NCBI GenBank assembly: GCA_036273695.1
Contig: DASUHE010000066.1
Coordinates: 12,160-76,159, forward strand
Reading direction: 5' to 3'
Source of the DNA: Gaiellaceae bacterium
GTDB taxonomy: Bacteria; Actinomycetota; Thermoleophilia; Gaiellales; Gaiellaceae
Length of the DNA: 64,000 nt
In this document: positions 1 to 9,918 of the stretch, in pieces
Layout: every line of letters starts with the position of its first letter
Numbering within the stretch: position 1 is the stretch's first letter
The notes under the pieces: model-generated
Told to the model about the DNA's origin: nothing
Seen by the model: only the letters and a program-made list of their open reading frames with translations
Databases searched by the model: none
Translations under genes and position numbers: made by a program

Positions 1-1
1 C

Positions 2-508
2 ACCGTCGACCGCACGCACCAGCTCCTGAACGAGCGCCCGGGCGCCCTCGCGATGCGGCTCGAGGAGGCGGTCGAGCTGCTGCCCGACCACGGCCTCGAC
101 CTGCTCGTGATGGAGTTCCTCACCGAGCCCGAGCGCACGGTCGACGGGATCGCGGACGGCAGCCGCATCGTCCTGCAGGCGACGCGCACGCGCGAGTCCG
201 TGCGCTGCGGCCTCGGCATGTTCTTCGTCACGCTCGACGCGCCGGAGCTCGTCGCCGCGTCCGAGCGGGTCGTCGAAGAGTTCGGCCTCGAGTGGTTCTT
301 CAGCATCCAGTTCATGGGCGAGAAGGTGATCGAGATCAACCCCCGCATCTCGACGATGATGATCCAGGAGGACTTCAACCTCCCCTGGCTCGCGGTCAAG
401 CGGGCGCTCGGCGAGGCGTCCGACGACGAGCTTCGCGCGCTGCAGGGCCGGGTACGGCCGGGGCACACCGTGCTTCGTTTCTTCGACCAGGTGGAATTCG
501 ATCCGTGA
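2..508 (+). CDS. ATP-grasp fold protein, C-terminal part (5' end outside window)
   Basis: The frame is open from the window edge. The sequence FSIQFMGEKVIEINPRIS resembles the C-terminal ATP-grasp core of carbamoyl-phosphate-synthase-like ligases. Its stop overlaps the next start (GTGATG). Confidence 0.55.
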   Translation, partial: TVDRTHQLLNERPGALAMRLEEAVELLPDHGLDLLVMEFLTEPERTVDGIADGSRIVLQATRTRESVRCGLGMFFVTLDAPELVAASERVVEEFGLEWFFSIQFMGEKVIEINPRISTMMIQEDFNLPWLAVKRALGEASDDELRALQGRVRPGHTVLRFFDQVEFDP

Positions 509-804
509 TGGACGACTGGAGCTCGCTGCAGGAGACGCTCGCGGCCGCGTGCGACGGCCGGCCCGACGACGCCACCGCCGAACGGGCGGTGCGGGCCGCC
601 GAGCTCGTCGCCGCAACGTCCGGCGAGCCGCCCGACGACCTCTCGCCGCAGGACCGCGAGTGGGCCGAGGTGCACGGCATCCCGCCGAGCGAGCTCGTCG
701 AGCTCGCGTGCCGGTCGATGAAGTGCGTCGCCGCGCTTTCGGACGATTGGCACGCCCGGCTCAACGACCTGCGCTACCGCCTCGGCGACGTCGCGGCCGC
801 CTAA
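508..804 (+). CDS. hypothetical protein (98 aa), translationally coupled to the ATP-grasp gene
   Basis: The ATG at 508 overlaps the upstream TGA. Composition is acidic and non-shadow-like (MDDWSSLQETLAAACDG...). No family recognised. Confidence 0.45.
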   Translation: MDDWSSLQETLAAACDGRPDDATAERAVRAAELVAATSGEPPDDLSPQDREWAEVHGIPPSELVELACRSMKCVAALSDDWHARLNDLRYRLGDVAAA

Positions 805-816
805 AGAGGCTCAGCC

Positions 817-1728
817 TCAGCGCAGGTCGCGCAGCGCCTCGACGTCCGCGGGGCTCGGCTCCCAGGCTCCGGCGGCGACGTTCGCGCGCACCTGCTCGGG
901 CTTCGTCGCGCCGGCGATCACGCAGCTCACCGCCGGCATCGCGAGCAGGCCGCCGATCGCGACCTCGAGCAGCGAGAGGCCGCGCTCGTCCGCGTAGCGC
1001 TGCAACGCCTCGGCTCGGTCCCACCGCGCCTCCGGGATCTCGCGGCCCGCAAGCCGTCCCTCGGTCGCCTCCTCGCCGCGGCGGTACTTGCCGGTGAGCA
1101 GGCCGCTCGCGAGCGGAAAGTACGGCAGGAAGCCGATCCCGAGCCTCTCGCACAGCGGCAGCACCTCGTCCTCGGGCTCGCGCTCCACGAGCGAGTAGTG
1201 GTCCTGCACCGAGACGAAGCGGTGGAATCCGGCGCCGCGAGCGACCTCCTCGGCGGCTTCGATCTGCCCCGCCGAGAAGTTCGAGGAGCCGATCCACCGC
1301 ACCTTGCCGTCGTGGACGAGGTCGTTGAGCGTGCCGAGCGTCTCCTCGATCGGCGTCAGCGGATCGGGCTCGTGCATCTGGTAGACGTCGAGCACGTCGG
1401 TGCGCAGGCGGCGGAGCGAGCTCTCGACCGCCCACCGGATGTAGTCGGGATTGCCGCGCCGTTCCTCGGGGCGTTCGTTCATCTCCTTGCCGAACTTCGT
1501 CGCGATGAGGACGCGATCGCGCCGCCCCTCGAGCGCACGCCCGATGAACTCCTCGCTCGTGCCCTGGCCGTAGATGTCGGCCGTGTCGACGAGGGTCACG
1601 CCTTCCTCGAGCGCGGCGTCGATCACGGCGAGCGACTGGGCGTAGTCGATCCGGCCGCCGAAGTTGTTCGTGCCGAGACCGACGACCGAGACCTCCGGCC
1701 CGCCTTCGCCGAGCGTGCGCGTCCGCAT
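817..1728 (-). CDS. aldo/keto reductase
   Basis: Internal ATG at 1728 gives MRTRTLGEGGPEVSVVGLGTNNFGGR. Typical AKR layout follows (DTADIYG, IGSSNF). The N-terminal extension in the ORF track looks non-coding. Confidence 0.85.
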   Translation of the reverse strand: MRTRTLGEGGPEVSVVGLGTNNFGGRIDYAQSLAVIDAALEEGVTLVDTADIYGQGTSEEFIGRALEGRRDRVLIATKFGKEMNERPEERRGNPDYIRWAVESSLRRLRTDVLDVYQMHEPDPLTPIEETLGTLNDLVHDGKVRWIGSSNFSAGQIEAAEEVARGAGFHRFVSVQDHYSLVEREPEDEVLPLCERLGIGFLPYFPLASGLLTGKYRRGEEATEGRLAGREIPEARWDRAEALQRYADERGLSLLEVAIGGLLAMPAVSCVIAGATKPEQVRANVAAGAWEPSPADVEALRDLR

Positions 1729-1786
1729 CGGCTCGACGCTACCGAACCGCCAGAGCGCTGAGCGGAGGCACATACGATCTCGCGCG

Positions 1787-2542
1787 ATGGAGCGGCACCA
1801 GCTCGTCTTCCTCGCCGGCCTGCACCGGAGCGGCACCACGCTGCTCGCGCGGCTTCTCGCCGCGCACCCCGAGGTGAGCGGCTTCTCGGGGACGGGCGTG
1901 CCGGCCGACGAGGGCCAGCACCTCCAGACCGTCTACCCCGCGGCGAAGGAGTACGGCGGGCCCGGCCGGTTCGGGTTCGCCCCCGAGTCCCATCTGACCG
2001 AGGCGTCGCCGCTCGCGTCCGAGGAGAACGCGCGCAGGCTCTTCGAGCAATGGTCACCGCACTGGGACCTCGCGAAGCCCGTGCTGGTGGAGAAGTCGCC
2101 GCCGAACCTGCTCAAGACCCGCTTTCTGCAGGCGCTCTTCCCGGGCTCGGCATTCGTCGTCATCGTCCGCCACCCGATTCCGGTCTCGATCCCGACCGCG
2201 CGCTGGCGCGGGACGCGCCGCTACGACCGCCTGTTCGAGCACTGGCTGCGCTGCCACGGCCTGTTCGACGCCGACCGCGGGCACCTCGGGCGGGTGCACG
2301 TGCTCACCTACGAGGAGCTCGTCCGCGATCCCGCCGGCGTCCTGCGGGCGGTCTTCGAGTTTCTCGCGCTCGAGCCGATCCCGCCGGGCGAGCCGGTGGA
2401 GGGCGGCGCGAACGAGAAGTACTTCGGACAATGGAGGGATCTGAAGCGCGACCCGCGAATGCGCGTCTACCTCGACCTCGTCTCGCTCCGGTACGAGCGC
2501 CGCATGCGGCGGTACGGGTACAGCCTGCTCTCCCCGCGCTAG
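1787..2542 (+). CDS. sulfotransferase family protein (PAPS-dependent type)
   Basis: ATG at 1787. The 5'-PSB loop is GLHRSGTTLLARLL. The protein is ~250 aa. It is divergent from the AKR gene. Confidence 0.8.
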   Translation: MERHQLVFLAGLHRSGTTLLARLLAAHPEVSGFSGTGVPADEGQHLQTVYPAAKEYGGPGRFGFAPESHLTEASPLASEENARRLFEQWSPHWDLAKPVLVEKSPPNLLKTRFLQALFPGSAFVVIVRHPIPVSIPTARWRGTRRYDRLFEHWLRCHGLFDADRGHLGRVHVLTYEELVRDPAGVLRAVFEFLALEPIPPGEPVEGGANEKYFGQWRDLKRDPRMRVYLDLVSLRYERRMRRYGYSLLSPR

Positions 2543-3222
2543 CTCCGGCGGAACAGCCGCAGCCGTACGTCGTGCTCGACGATCGTCCGCGCCGCTGCGG
2601 CCGTCAGGCGAGCGGTGACCGCGGCGGGGACGGTGGTGCCGCCCCATGAGCCGACCACTTCGAGGCACTCGTCTCCCGAACCGAACTCGTGGGCGATCCC
2701 GTACCGCTCCTCGTGCGTCGGCTCGAAGAGGCCGGCCGCTACAGCCCTGTCGATCTGCGCGTCGACTGCCGCGACGGTCTCGAGCCACGCGTCGTCCTCG
2801 AGCTCCCCGACCGGCTCGCCGTCGAGAGCGACCGGCAGCCGCAGGCTGATCGGCGTCGTGTCGACGAGCACTCCGCCGGGAACGAGCGCCGCATGGATTC
2901 GGGTCAGGGCGTCGACCACGCCCTCCGGCTCGAGGCATCAGAGCGACCAGCCGCAGAGCGCCACGTCGAAGGTCTCGCGCTCGACGTCGAGCGCCTCGGC
3001 GCGGTGGACGCCGAAGCGAACGCGGTCGGTGTCCACCGCGGCGCGAGCGACCTCGACGCGCTCCGCGTTCGGGTCGAAGGCGTAGACGCCGGCCGCCCGG
3101 GAAGCCGCGAGACCGGTCAAGCGGCCCTCGCCGCACCCGACTTCGAGAATCCGGGCGCCGCCGAGGTCGACCAGCGCCTCGATCCGCCCGTCTTCGACGT
3201 CGAACACGTCCGGCACGTGCAT
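2539..3222 (-). pseudogene. class I SAM-dependent methyltransferase interrupted by one in-frame TGA (2938-2940)
   Basis: The N-terminal part (3222-2941) carries SAM motif I, ILEVGCGEGRL. The C-terminal part (2937-2539) is in the same frame and continues with CLEPEGVVDALTRIHAALVPGGVLV, the post-motif II/III region. Only a single TGA separates them. Confidence 0.6.
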
Positions 3223-3224
3223 GT

Positions 3225-5171
3225 CTAGGGGCCGAGCGGCTCGGGCAGAGGCCGCGCGTGTACGACTACGAGCGTCTTCGTCGGGCGCGTCAGGGCGACG
3301 TAGAGCTCGCGGAGCCCGCGGTCTCCGTCGTCTGCCATCGCCGCGGGCTCGACGACGACGACATGGTCGAACTCCAGGCCCTTCGCCTGCCGCGGCGTGA
3401 GGATCGGGAACGGGAACGGGTCGTCGACGGCGAGCGAGCGCGGGACGATCACGGCGAGCAGCCCGTCCAGGTCCTCGAGCGCCACCGCCTCGCGCAGCGC
3501 CGTCCCCAGCACGTCGTCGGCCGCGACCTGCACGAGACGGGGCGGAGCACCGCCCTTGCGGTACGCGAGCGGCGGCTCGACCTCGGGCGCGATCCGGTCG
3601 AGCAGCGGCAGCGCGAAGTCCATGATCTCGGCCGGAACGCGGTAGGCGTGCCGCAGCTCCTCGACCGCGAGCTCCGCCTCGTCCGGGAGATACGGCTCGA
3701 GCTCCTGCCAGCGCCGGTAGACGACCGGCCCCGTCGCCTGCGCGACGTCGCCGAGGATGGTGAGCGAGCCGTCGACCGCACGGCGCGAGATCGCGAGCAG
3801 CTGCATCGGCGAGAGATCCTGCGCCTCGTCGACGATCACGTGTCCGTACGACCGCGGGGCGCCCGCAACGAGCGCGCTCGCCTCGTCGAGCAGCGGCACG
3901 TCCTGGTCGCTCCAGCGCAGGTCGGACATCTTCCGCGGCCGGTCGCGCAGGAGAAGCTTGCGCTCGTCGTCGTCGAGCACCTCGGTGGACGCGGCCTTCA
4001 GCGTTGCCGGTGACGTGAGGAGCCGCGCTACGAGCTTCTGCGGCTGGGGCAACGGCAGAACGCGGTCGAGCCACCGGGTGAGGAAGCCGCCGCGGCGCAG
4101 CGAGCGCTCGAGCTCCTCGAAGCTCCGGAACGCCTGCGGGCCGAGCAGCTCGCCGTAGCGCTCGTAGAAGCGGCGCAGCACGGCCATGCGAAACCGCTCG
4201 CGCGCCAGCCCGAGCGGATCGCCCGCCTCCAGCGCATCGTCGAGCAGCTCGGCGACGTCCCGCTCGCGCACCCGCACGTAGATGCCGTCGATCCACGCGT
4301 AGAGCTCGTCCGGAGTCGGCACGACGGCGATCTCGACGGCGCGCGCCACGACCTCGCGCAAACGCGGATCGCCCTTCAGGCGCGCGACATCCGGCTCGTC
4401 CTCACGGCCGACTTCGATCCCGTCGACCAGCTCGGTCACCGCCCGCTGCTCGACCGCTTCCTCGCCGAGCGTCGGCAGGACGTGCGAGACGTAGTCCATG
4501 AAGGTCGGGTTCGGCCCGACGACGAGCACGCGGCGCAGGCGCTCGCGATGGGTGTAGAGGAGCCACGAGGCGCGATGGAGCCCGACCGCGGTCTTGCCCG
4601 TGCCGGGGCCGCCCTGCACGACGAGCGCGCCGTCGGGGTCGGCGGTGATCAGGCGGTACTGGTCGGACTGGATCGTCGCGACGATGTCGCGCATTCGCAC
4701 ATCTCGGCGTCGGTCGAGCTCCTCGAGCAGGAAATCCGAGACGCTCGCACCCTCGACCGCGCTGCCGTCGAGCGCCTCGTCCGAGATGTCGAGGAGGCGG
4801 CGCCCGTCGGCGCGGAAGCGGCGCCGTTGCTGCACGCCGTGAGGCTCCTGCGGCGTCGCGGTGTAGAACGGTCGTGCCGCGGGCGCCTGCCAGTTGACGA
4901 CGAGCGACTCGTGCGCGTCGTCGTGCACCCAGCGGCGGCCGACGTAGAGCGGCCGCGGCGTGCCGTCGAGCGTGAGGCGGCCGAAGACGAGACCGCGCTC
5001 GGCGTCCTCGAACGTCCGCATGCGCCGCTTCGCCCAGGCCTCCATGTTCAGCGCGGCCCACTCGGTGGCCATCGCCTCCTGCGTGCGCGCCACGGTCGAG
5101 CGCATGCGATCGAGCTGGTCATAGGCGCGGTCGACGTAGGCCTGTTCCGCTGCGAGCTCGGGATGCGCCAT
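3225..5171 (-). CDS. UvrD/REP superfamily 1 helicase, HelD-like
   Basis: Walker A is GGPGTGKT and Walker B is [11 protein letters not shown]. The long N-terminal coiled region ([17 protein letters not shown]) followed by YVGRRWV is typical of actinobacterial HelD-type RNAP-associated helicases. Confidence 0.75.
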   Translation of the reverse strand: MAHPELAAEQAYVDRAYDQLDRMRSTVARTQEAMATEWAALNMEAWAKRRMRTFEDAERGLVFGRLTLDGTPRPLYVGRRWVHDDAHESLVVNWQAPAARPFYTATPQEPHGVQQRRRFRADGRRLLDISDEALDGSAVEGASVSDFLLEELDRRRDVRMRDIVATIQSDQYRLITADPDGALVVQGGPGTGKTAVGLHRASWLLYTHRERLRRVLVVGPNPTFMDYVSHVLPTLGEEAVEQRAVTELVDGIEVGREDEPDVARLKGDPRLREVVARAVEIAVVPTPDELYAWIDGIYVRVRERDVAELLDDALEAGDPLGLARERFRMAVLRRFYERYGELLGPQAFRSFEELERSLRRGGFLTRWLDRVLPLPQPQKLVARLLTSPATLKAASTEVLDDDERKLLLRDRPRKMSDLRWSDQDVPLLDEASALVAGAPRSYGHVIVDEAQDLSPMQLLAISRRAVDGSLTILGDVAQATGPVVYRRWQELEPYLPDEAELAVEELRHAYRVPAEIMDFALPLLDRIAPEVEPPLAYRKGGAPPRLVQVAADDVLGTALREAVALEDLDGLLAVIVPRSLAVDDPFPFPILTPRQAKGLEFDHVVVVEPAAMADDGDRGLRELYVALTRPTKTLVVVHARPLPEPLGP

Positions 5172-5183
5172 ACAGTCAGCCTA

Positions 5184-6194
5184 ATGAAGCTGGGACTCAG
5201 CCTCGGCTACGCGCCCCCGGGCACGAACCCGGCGGATCTCTTCCCGCTCGTGCAGGAGGCGGAGCGCCTCGGCTTCGACTCGGTCTGGGTGGCCGAGGCC
5301 TGGGGGACGGACGCGGTCAGCGTGCTCGGCTGGCTCGCCGCGCGCACGGAGCGGATCAAGCTCGGCTCCGCGATCATGCAGATCCCCGGCCGCACGCCGG
5401 CGAACGCGGCGATGACCGCCGCCACGCTCGATCTGCTCTCCGGCGGCCGCTTCCTGCTCGGCCTCGGCACATCCGGCCCGCAGGTGGTCGAGGGATGGCA
5501 CGGCCAGCCGTGGGGCAAGCCGCTCGGCAAGACGCGCGAATACGTCGAGATCGTCCGCGCCGCATTGCGCCGCGAGGTCGTCGCGCACGAAGGCGAGCAC
5601 TACACGATCCCGTGGCACGGGCCGGGCGCGACCGGGCTCGGCAAGCCGCTCAAGCTGATGCTGCGCCCGCTGCGGGCCGAGATTCCGATCTACCTCGCCG
5701 CGCTCGGACCGAAGAACGTCGCGCTCGCGGCGGAGATCGCCGACGGCTGGCTGCCGATCTTCGTCGCACCCGAGCGGTTCGACGACGCGTTCGGGCCGAG
5801 CCTTGCCGGCGCACGCGACGGCTTCGAGATCGCGGCGACGGCGAGCGTCTTCGTCGGGGACGACGTCCCCGCGCTGCTCGACGCGCTGCGGCCGCACGTC
5901 GCGCTCTACGTCGGCGGCATGGGCGCGAAGGGCCGCAACTTCTACAACTCGCTCGTCCGCCGGTACGGCTGGGAGGACGAAGCGGAGCGGATCCAGGACC
6001 TCTATCTCGCAGGCAAACAGCGGGAGGCGATCGCCGCGGTGCCGGACGAGCTCGTCGACGCCGTCTCCCTCGTAGGACCGAAGGAACGGATCGCCGAGCG
6101 GCTCGCGGCCTGGCGCGAGACGCCGGTCACGACGCTCGTCCTCGGCACGACGCAACCCGAGGCGCTGCGGACGCTGGCGGAGCTCGTCCTCTAG
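5184..6194 (+). CDS. LLM-class (luciferase-like) F420-dependent oxidoreductase
   Basis: ATG at 5184 gives MKLGLSLGY...[43 protein letters not shown], a typical luciferase-like monooxygenase family N-terminus. Confidence 0.8.
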   Translation: MKLGLSLGYAPPGTNPADLFPLVQEAERLGFDSVWVAEAWGTDAVSVLGWLAARTERIKLGSAIMQIPGRTPANAAMTAATLDLLSGGRFLLGLGTSGPQVVEGWHGQPWGKPLGKTREYVEIVRAALRREVVAHEGEHYTIPWHGPGATGLGKPLKLMLRPLRAEIPIYLAALGPKNVALAAEIADGWLPIFVAPERFDDAFGPSLAGARDGFEIAATASVFVGDDVPALLDALRPHVALYVGGMGAKGRNFYNSLVRRYGWEDEAERIQDLYLAGKQREAIAAVPDELVDAVSLVGPKERIAERLAAWRETPVTTLVLGTTQPEALRTLAELVL

Positions 6195-6203
6195 GCTCGG
6201 GCG

Positions 6204-7169
6204 ATGGCTGCCCCCGTCATCGTCCTCGGCGTCGGCCGGTCCGGCACGACGCTCCTGCGCGTGATGCTCGACCGGAACAGCGAGCTCGCGATTCCGTACG
6301 AGTCGTTCTTCGTCCCGCAGCTCGCCCACCGCCACGGTCGGCATCCCCAGCTGGAGGCGTTCGTCGACGACCTCGGCCGCTTCGCCCAGCTGCGCGAATG
6401 GGGCATCGCGCCCGACGACGTCCGGGCGCGGCTACGCGCCGGGATGACGACCGGCGAGATGATCGCCGCAATCTTCGAGACCTACGCCGAGCGCCAGGTG
6501 AAACCGCGCTGGGGCGACAAGACACCCCTCTACATGCAGCAGCTGCCGCTGCTCGAGAGCCTCTTTCCGAGCGCGGTCTGGGTGCATCTCGTCCGGGACG
6601 GGCGCGACGCGGCGCTCTCGTTCCTCGAGCTGCCGGAGGGCTTCTCGGGGAAGACGTGGGCGCAGCCGCGCACCGCTCCCCAGTTCGCGGCGCGCTGGCG
6701 CACCGAGATCCTCTCCGCGCGGCGCCTCGGCTCGCACGTCGGCGACCGCTACCTCGAGCTGCGCTACGAAGACCTCGTCACCGAGCCCGAACAAGCGCTG
6801 CGCCGCGTCTGCGAGCACGCGGCCTTGCCGTGGGAGCCCGGGATGCTCGACCACACGCGCGCGAGCGATACGGCGCACATGCCCGAGCACCGCAACCTCG
6901 CCCAGCCGCCGACGCCGGGCCTGCGCGACTGGCGCACCCAGCTGAGCCGCGACGACGCGCTCGCCTTCGAGCAGGTCGCCGGCGACGTCCTGCGGAGCGG
7001 GGGCTACGAGCTGCTCGAGCCGGGGAGCAGGTATCCGACCGGCCGCGGACGGCTCGAGCTGGTGCGCTTCGCCGCGCTCAGCCGCAGCTGGAACGCGACG
7101 GCGGCGGCGTACCAGCGCACACCGCTCTGGCGCCGTTCGCACCCGGTGCGCACCGACGGGGGCCTCTAG
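6204..7169 (+). CDS. sulfotransferase family protein (PAPS-dependent type)
   Basis: The 5'-PSB loop is VLGVGRSGTTLLRVML. A RDGRD segment follows (3'-phosphate binding region). Confidence 0.8.
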   Translation: MAAPVIVLGVGRSGTTLLRVMLDRNSELAIPYESFFVPQLAHRHGRHPQLEAFVDDLGRFAQLREWGIAPDDVRARLRAGMTTGEMIAAIFETYAERQVKPRWGDKTPLYMQQLPLLESLFPSAVWVHLVRDGRDAALSFLELPEGFSGKTWAQPRTAPQFAARWRTEILSARRLGSHVGDRYLELRYEDLVTEPEQALRRVCEHAALPWEPGMLDHTRASDTAHMPEHRNLAQPPTPGLRDWRTQLSRDDALAFEQVAGDVLRSGGYELLEPGSRYPTGRGRLELVRFAALSRSWNATAAAYQRTPLWRRSHPVRTDGGL

Positions 7170-7495
7170 CAGGCGCCGGGCTGCGGCTGTCCGCCCGGCC
7201 CGTCCTCGTGCTCGTCGCCGTCCTGCAGGCAGTACGAGGTGGCATCGGCTCGAGCCAGGACGACGCCGGAACCGAGCGGGAGCGTCGCGCCCACGTAGGT
7301 CTGGTTCTGGTCGAAGTAGGCCTGCAGCCCCGGCAGGACCTGGCCGAAGTCCGCCTGGGCCCCGACCGCCTGGGCCTGCGAGATCGCCTGCCGGTCTGCG
7401 GGCGTCGGCGCGCTCGACTTCGCCCCCTGCGACGAGAGGTAAACGCCTATGAAGACGGCGACGAGCAGAGCCGGGATCCCGACGACACGAAGCAC
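7166..7495 (-). CDS. small membrane-anchored protein, unknown function
   Basis: GTG start. There is an N-terminal TM helix (VVGIPALLVAVFIGVYL) and then a soluble domain with a single Cys. Third codon positions are GC-rich. Confidence 0.5.
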   Translation of the reverse strand: MLRVVGIPALLVAVFIGVYLSSQGAKSSAPTPADRQAISQAQAVGAQADFGQVLPGLQAYFDQNQTYVGATLPLGSGVVLARADATSYCLQDGDEHEDGPGGQPQPGAC

Positions 7496-7526
7496 ACGCG
7501 AGATATCGGCCCGGACGGGCCGCGGC

Positions 7527-7631
7527 TCAAGCGACTACGTGGGAGAGCGCCAGCACGAACGCGAGCACGAGGGCGATCAGCCAGAGGACGAAGACGAACG
7601 ACGGCCCTTCCGCTTCAGGATCGGGCTCCAT
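7527..7631 (-). CDS. possible 34-aa single-TM micro-protein
   Basis: It is not in the ORF track (<60 aa). ATG to TGA reads MEPDPEAEGPSFVFVLWLIALVLAFVLALSHVVA. Third positions are strongly GC-rich, and it lies just upstream of the previous small membrane gene. Confidence 0.25.
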   Translation of the reverse strand: MEPDPEAEGPSFVFVLWLIALVLAFVLALSHVVA

Positions 7632-7733
7632 GAGGTTTCTCGGCATTGGAGACGAACCATGGCAGCCACCTCGAATCTGCGCAAGTTTTTCGGAAACTTC
7701 GCGCAAAAGCTGCGTGTTGCTGCTTCTCTCTCC

Positions 7734-8369
7734 TCAGCCGATCACGCGGTAGACCTGGAAGACCTCCGCATACTCGCGGTTCACGTTCACGCCGTGCATC
7801 CGCGCGAGGTTCCGGACGTACTCGGCGTTCGCGTAGCGGCGGTGGTGCTGCGAGGCGTATCGCTCGAGGGCCGCGACCTTCAGCTCGACGTGCCGCTGCT
7901 CGAGCGAGACGTACCACTGGTACTCGAAGTCGAAGTTGTTCCACGGGATCTCGTAGCCGAGGATCGTCGTCCGCTTGAAGGCGCGCAGTCCCTCCTCCGC
8001 GACCGTCCGGTGGTCCTGGTGGACGTCGTGGAGGCTCGGCTGGAAGACGACGTCCGGCTCCCACTCCTCCCACAGCGCGACGAGGAGCTCGAGGATGTCC
8101 TGCCGCCGCTCGGGGAACGTGCGGACGTCGAAGTCGTGCACCGTGAGCGACTCGGCCGGAATCCCGAGCTCGGCGGTCGCCTCCTTCACCTCGCGGGCGA
8201 GGGTGTCGGGCGGGAAGCCCGGCGGCAGCGAGCGGGTCGCGATCGAGAACGCGACGTAGCGGACGTCGCAGCCGGCCTCGACGAGGCGGGCCATCGTCCC
8301 GCCGCAGCCGAACTCGCCGTCGTCGGTGTGCGGCGCCAGCACGAGCGCCTTCCGCCATTGCTCCATCAT
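7734..8369 (-). CDS. PIG-L/LmbE family deacetylase
   Basis: MMEQWRKALVLAPHTDDGEFGCGG carries the AHPDD-type motif, and HQDH occurs later. ATGA overlap with the upstream gene. Confidence 0.85.
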   Translation of the reverse strand: MMEQWRKALVLAPHTDDGEFGCGGTMARLVEAGCDVRYVAFSIATRSLPPGFPPDTLAREVKEATAELGIPAESLTVHDFDVRTFPERRQDILELLVALWEEWEPDVVFQPSLHDVHQDHRTVAEEGLRAFKRTTILGYEIPWNNFDFEYQWYVSLEQRHVELKVAALERYASQHHRRYANAEYVRNLARMHGVNVNREYAEVFQVYRVIG

Positions 8370-9913
8370 CGAGCGATCATCGCAGGCACGCGCTGGTCGG
8401 CAGCTTCGACCGGTCGGTGCGCGCGTGCGGGGACCCTCCGCGGCGAGACGAGCGCGACGAGGCCGATCAAGCCCCACGTCGTCGGATCCTCGAAGAAGTC
8501 GCTGTAGGCGAGCGAGTGGACGAAGACCGCGAGCAGCGCGAGCCCCGCCGCCAGCGCGACCGTGCCGTAGACCGCGTGGTTGATCCGCCGATAGGCCGCG
8601 AGCAGCAGCGCTCCGACGAGCCACAGGTAGAGGAGGAGCCCCGGCGCTCCTTCCTCGGCGGCGACCGTGACGGGAGTGGCGTGGGAGGCGCTCTGTCGCG
8701 GAGTCTTGCCCGTCCGCTTCGAGTACGCACGCTCGAAGCCGCCGAGACCGACTCCCCGCACGGCGTGCGCGCGGGCGATCTTGATGCCGACGACGATCAG
8801 AGTCGCCCGCCCGCCCGTGGCCTTGTTCAGACCGGTCGCCGCGCGGTGGTGGTGCCGCCGTTCGCCGAGCGGCTTCTTGACGCCCCGGGTTGCGGGGTGG
8901 CGGTGATGCTTCGCGGCCGATCCGGAGCCGAGGTGGGTGAGGTCGTGCCGCACCTTCGGCTGTGTCGCGACCACGCCGGCGAGAGCCACGACGAGCGCCC
9001 CGAGCACGAGCAGCGCCCGCCAGCGCCAGACGACGGCGCTCGCGACCAACACCGCCACGAACAGGGCCGCGAAGCTCGACTGCGAGAACGAGACGAGGAG
9101 CCCCAGCCAGGCGATCGCGGCAAAGACGAGCGCGGCGACTCCGTCGCGCACCGAACGCCCACGGATGATCAGCACCACGGTCGGGACGAGCGCGACCACG
9201 AGGAAGCGTCCGTAGATCGACGGGTCGAAGAAGACCGAGTTGACCCGAAAGAGCGCCTCGTACGTGTTGCTCGTGTAGAGCTTCGCGTTCTCGAAGATCG
9301 TGCGCGTCTCGTACTGGTAGAACGCCGTCGCAGCGAAGACGAGCGCCATCGCCACGAGCTCCCCGTAGAGGAGCCGGATCCGCGACGGACGCCACGGCAG
9401 TCGCGCGATCGAGATCGCGATGATCGTGAACGGCACGTAGAAGGCGATCAGGTCGGTCGCCGCCGTGTGGAGGGCGCCGGTCCAGGCGACCGAGAAGCTG
9501 ATCCAGACGAGGTAGAGCGCGAGCGGCCAGGCCGCGATCCCCAGCTCCCGTGTCCGGTCGTCCCCGTCGACCATCTCCCAGAGCAGCAGCCCGGCGGCGC
9601 CGACGGCGACCGCGTAGAGCGGCACGAGCAGCGAGTGGCCGAGGAACCCGACCCGCAAGGGGATGAACGCGAGGGTGCCGTAGGCCACGAGCCACGGCTC
9701 GCGTCGGAAGAGCCACGCGAGGAGCGGGCCGCAGACGAGAAGTCCTCCGATCGCCGCACCTAGCTCCGCGGCGTTCGCCGGAGCGAGCGACGCCGCGAGC
9801 AGGACCGTGCCCACCCCGGCGTAGCCGAGGCCGGCGATGCGGTTGCGGCGCGTTCGCGCGAGCAGCAGGACGGCGAGGCCGATGCAGGCGATCGGACCGC
9901 CGAGCTCCGCCAT
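8366..9913 (-). CDS. O-antigen ligase / O-antigen polymerase-like polytopic membrane protein
   Basis: ATG at 9913 (MAELGGPIACIGLAVLLL). The protein has more than 10 predicted TM helices and a large loop with a His/Arg-rich segment, an arrangement like Wzy_C/WaaL proteins. Confidence 0.65.
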   Translation of the reverse strand: MAELGGPIACIGLAVLLLARTRRNRIAGLGYAGVGTVLLAASLAPANAAELGAAIGGLLVCGPLLAWLFRREPWLVAYGTLAFIPLRVGFLGHSLLVPLYAVAVGAAGLLLWEMVDGDDRTRELGIAAWPLALYLVWISFSVAWTGALHTAATDLIAFYVPFTIIAISIARLPWRPSRIRLLYGELVAMALVFAATAFYQYETRTIFENAKLYTSNTYEALFRVNSVFFDPSIYGRFLVVALVPTVVLIIRGRSVRDGVAALVFAAIAWLGLLVSFSQSSFAALFVAVLVASAVVWRWRALLVLGALVVALAGVVATQPKVRHDLTHLGSGSAAKHHRHPATRGVKKPLGERRHHHRAATGLNKATGGRATLIVVGIKIARAHAVRGVGLGGFERAYSKRTGKTPRQSASHATPVTVAAEEGAPGLLLYLWLVGALLLAAYRRINHAVYGTVALAAGLALLAVFVHSLAYSDFFEDPTTWGLIGLVALVSPRRVPARAHRPVEAADQRVPAMIAR

Positions 9914-9918
9914 CCCGA

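Noticed and set aside
549-1097. 182-aa plus-strand ORF (and similar ones at 761..1435, 1623..2057 and 2054..3136)
   Set aside because: The composition is extreme in Arg, Ala and Pro. These ORFs are antisense or out of frame to genes with clear family motifs (AKR, sulfotransferase). They are typical shadow ORFs of GC-rich DNA.
2920-2940. The TGA at 2938-2940 as a selenocysteine codon
   Set aside because: Immediately downstream there is only a weak 4-bp CCTC/GAGG hairpin and no convincing bacterial SECIS-like stem-loop. The position is not a redox site in methyltransferases.
3223-4296. Upper part of the 452-aa ORF 2938..4296
   Set aside because: Only the last 94 codons (from the ATG at 3222) look like a methyltransferase. 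The rest is Arg/Ala-rich and overlaps the HelD-like helicase gene out of frame.
5495-7633. 712-aa plus-strand ORF
   Set aside because: It is Arg/Ala/Pro-rich low-complexity sequence running out of frame through the LLM oxidoreductase and sulfotransferase genes. No motifs were recognised.
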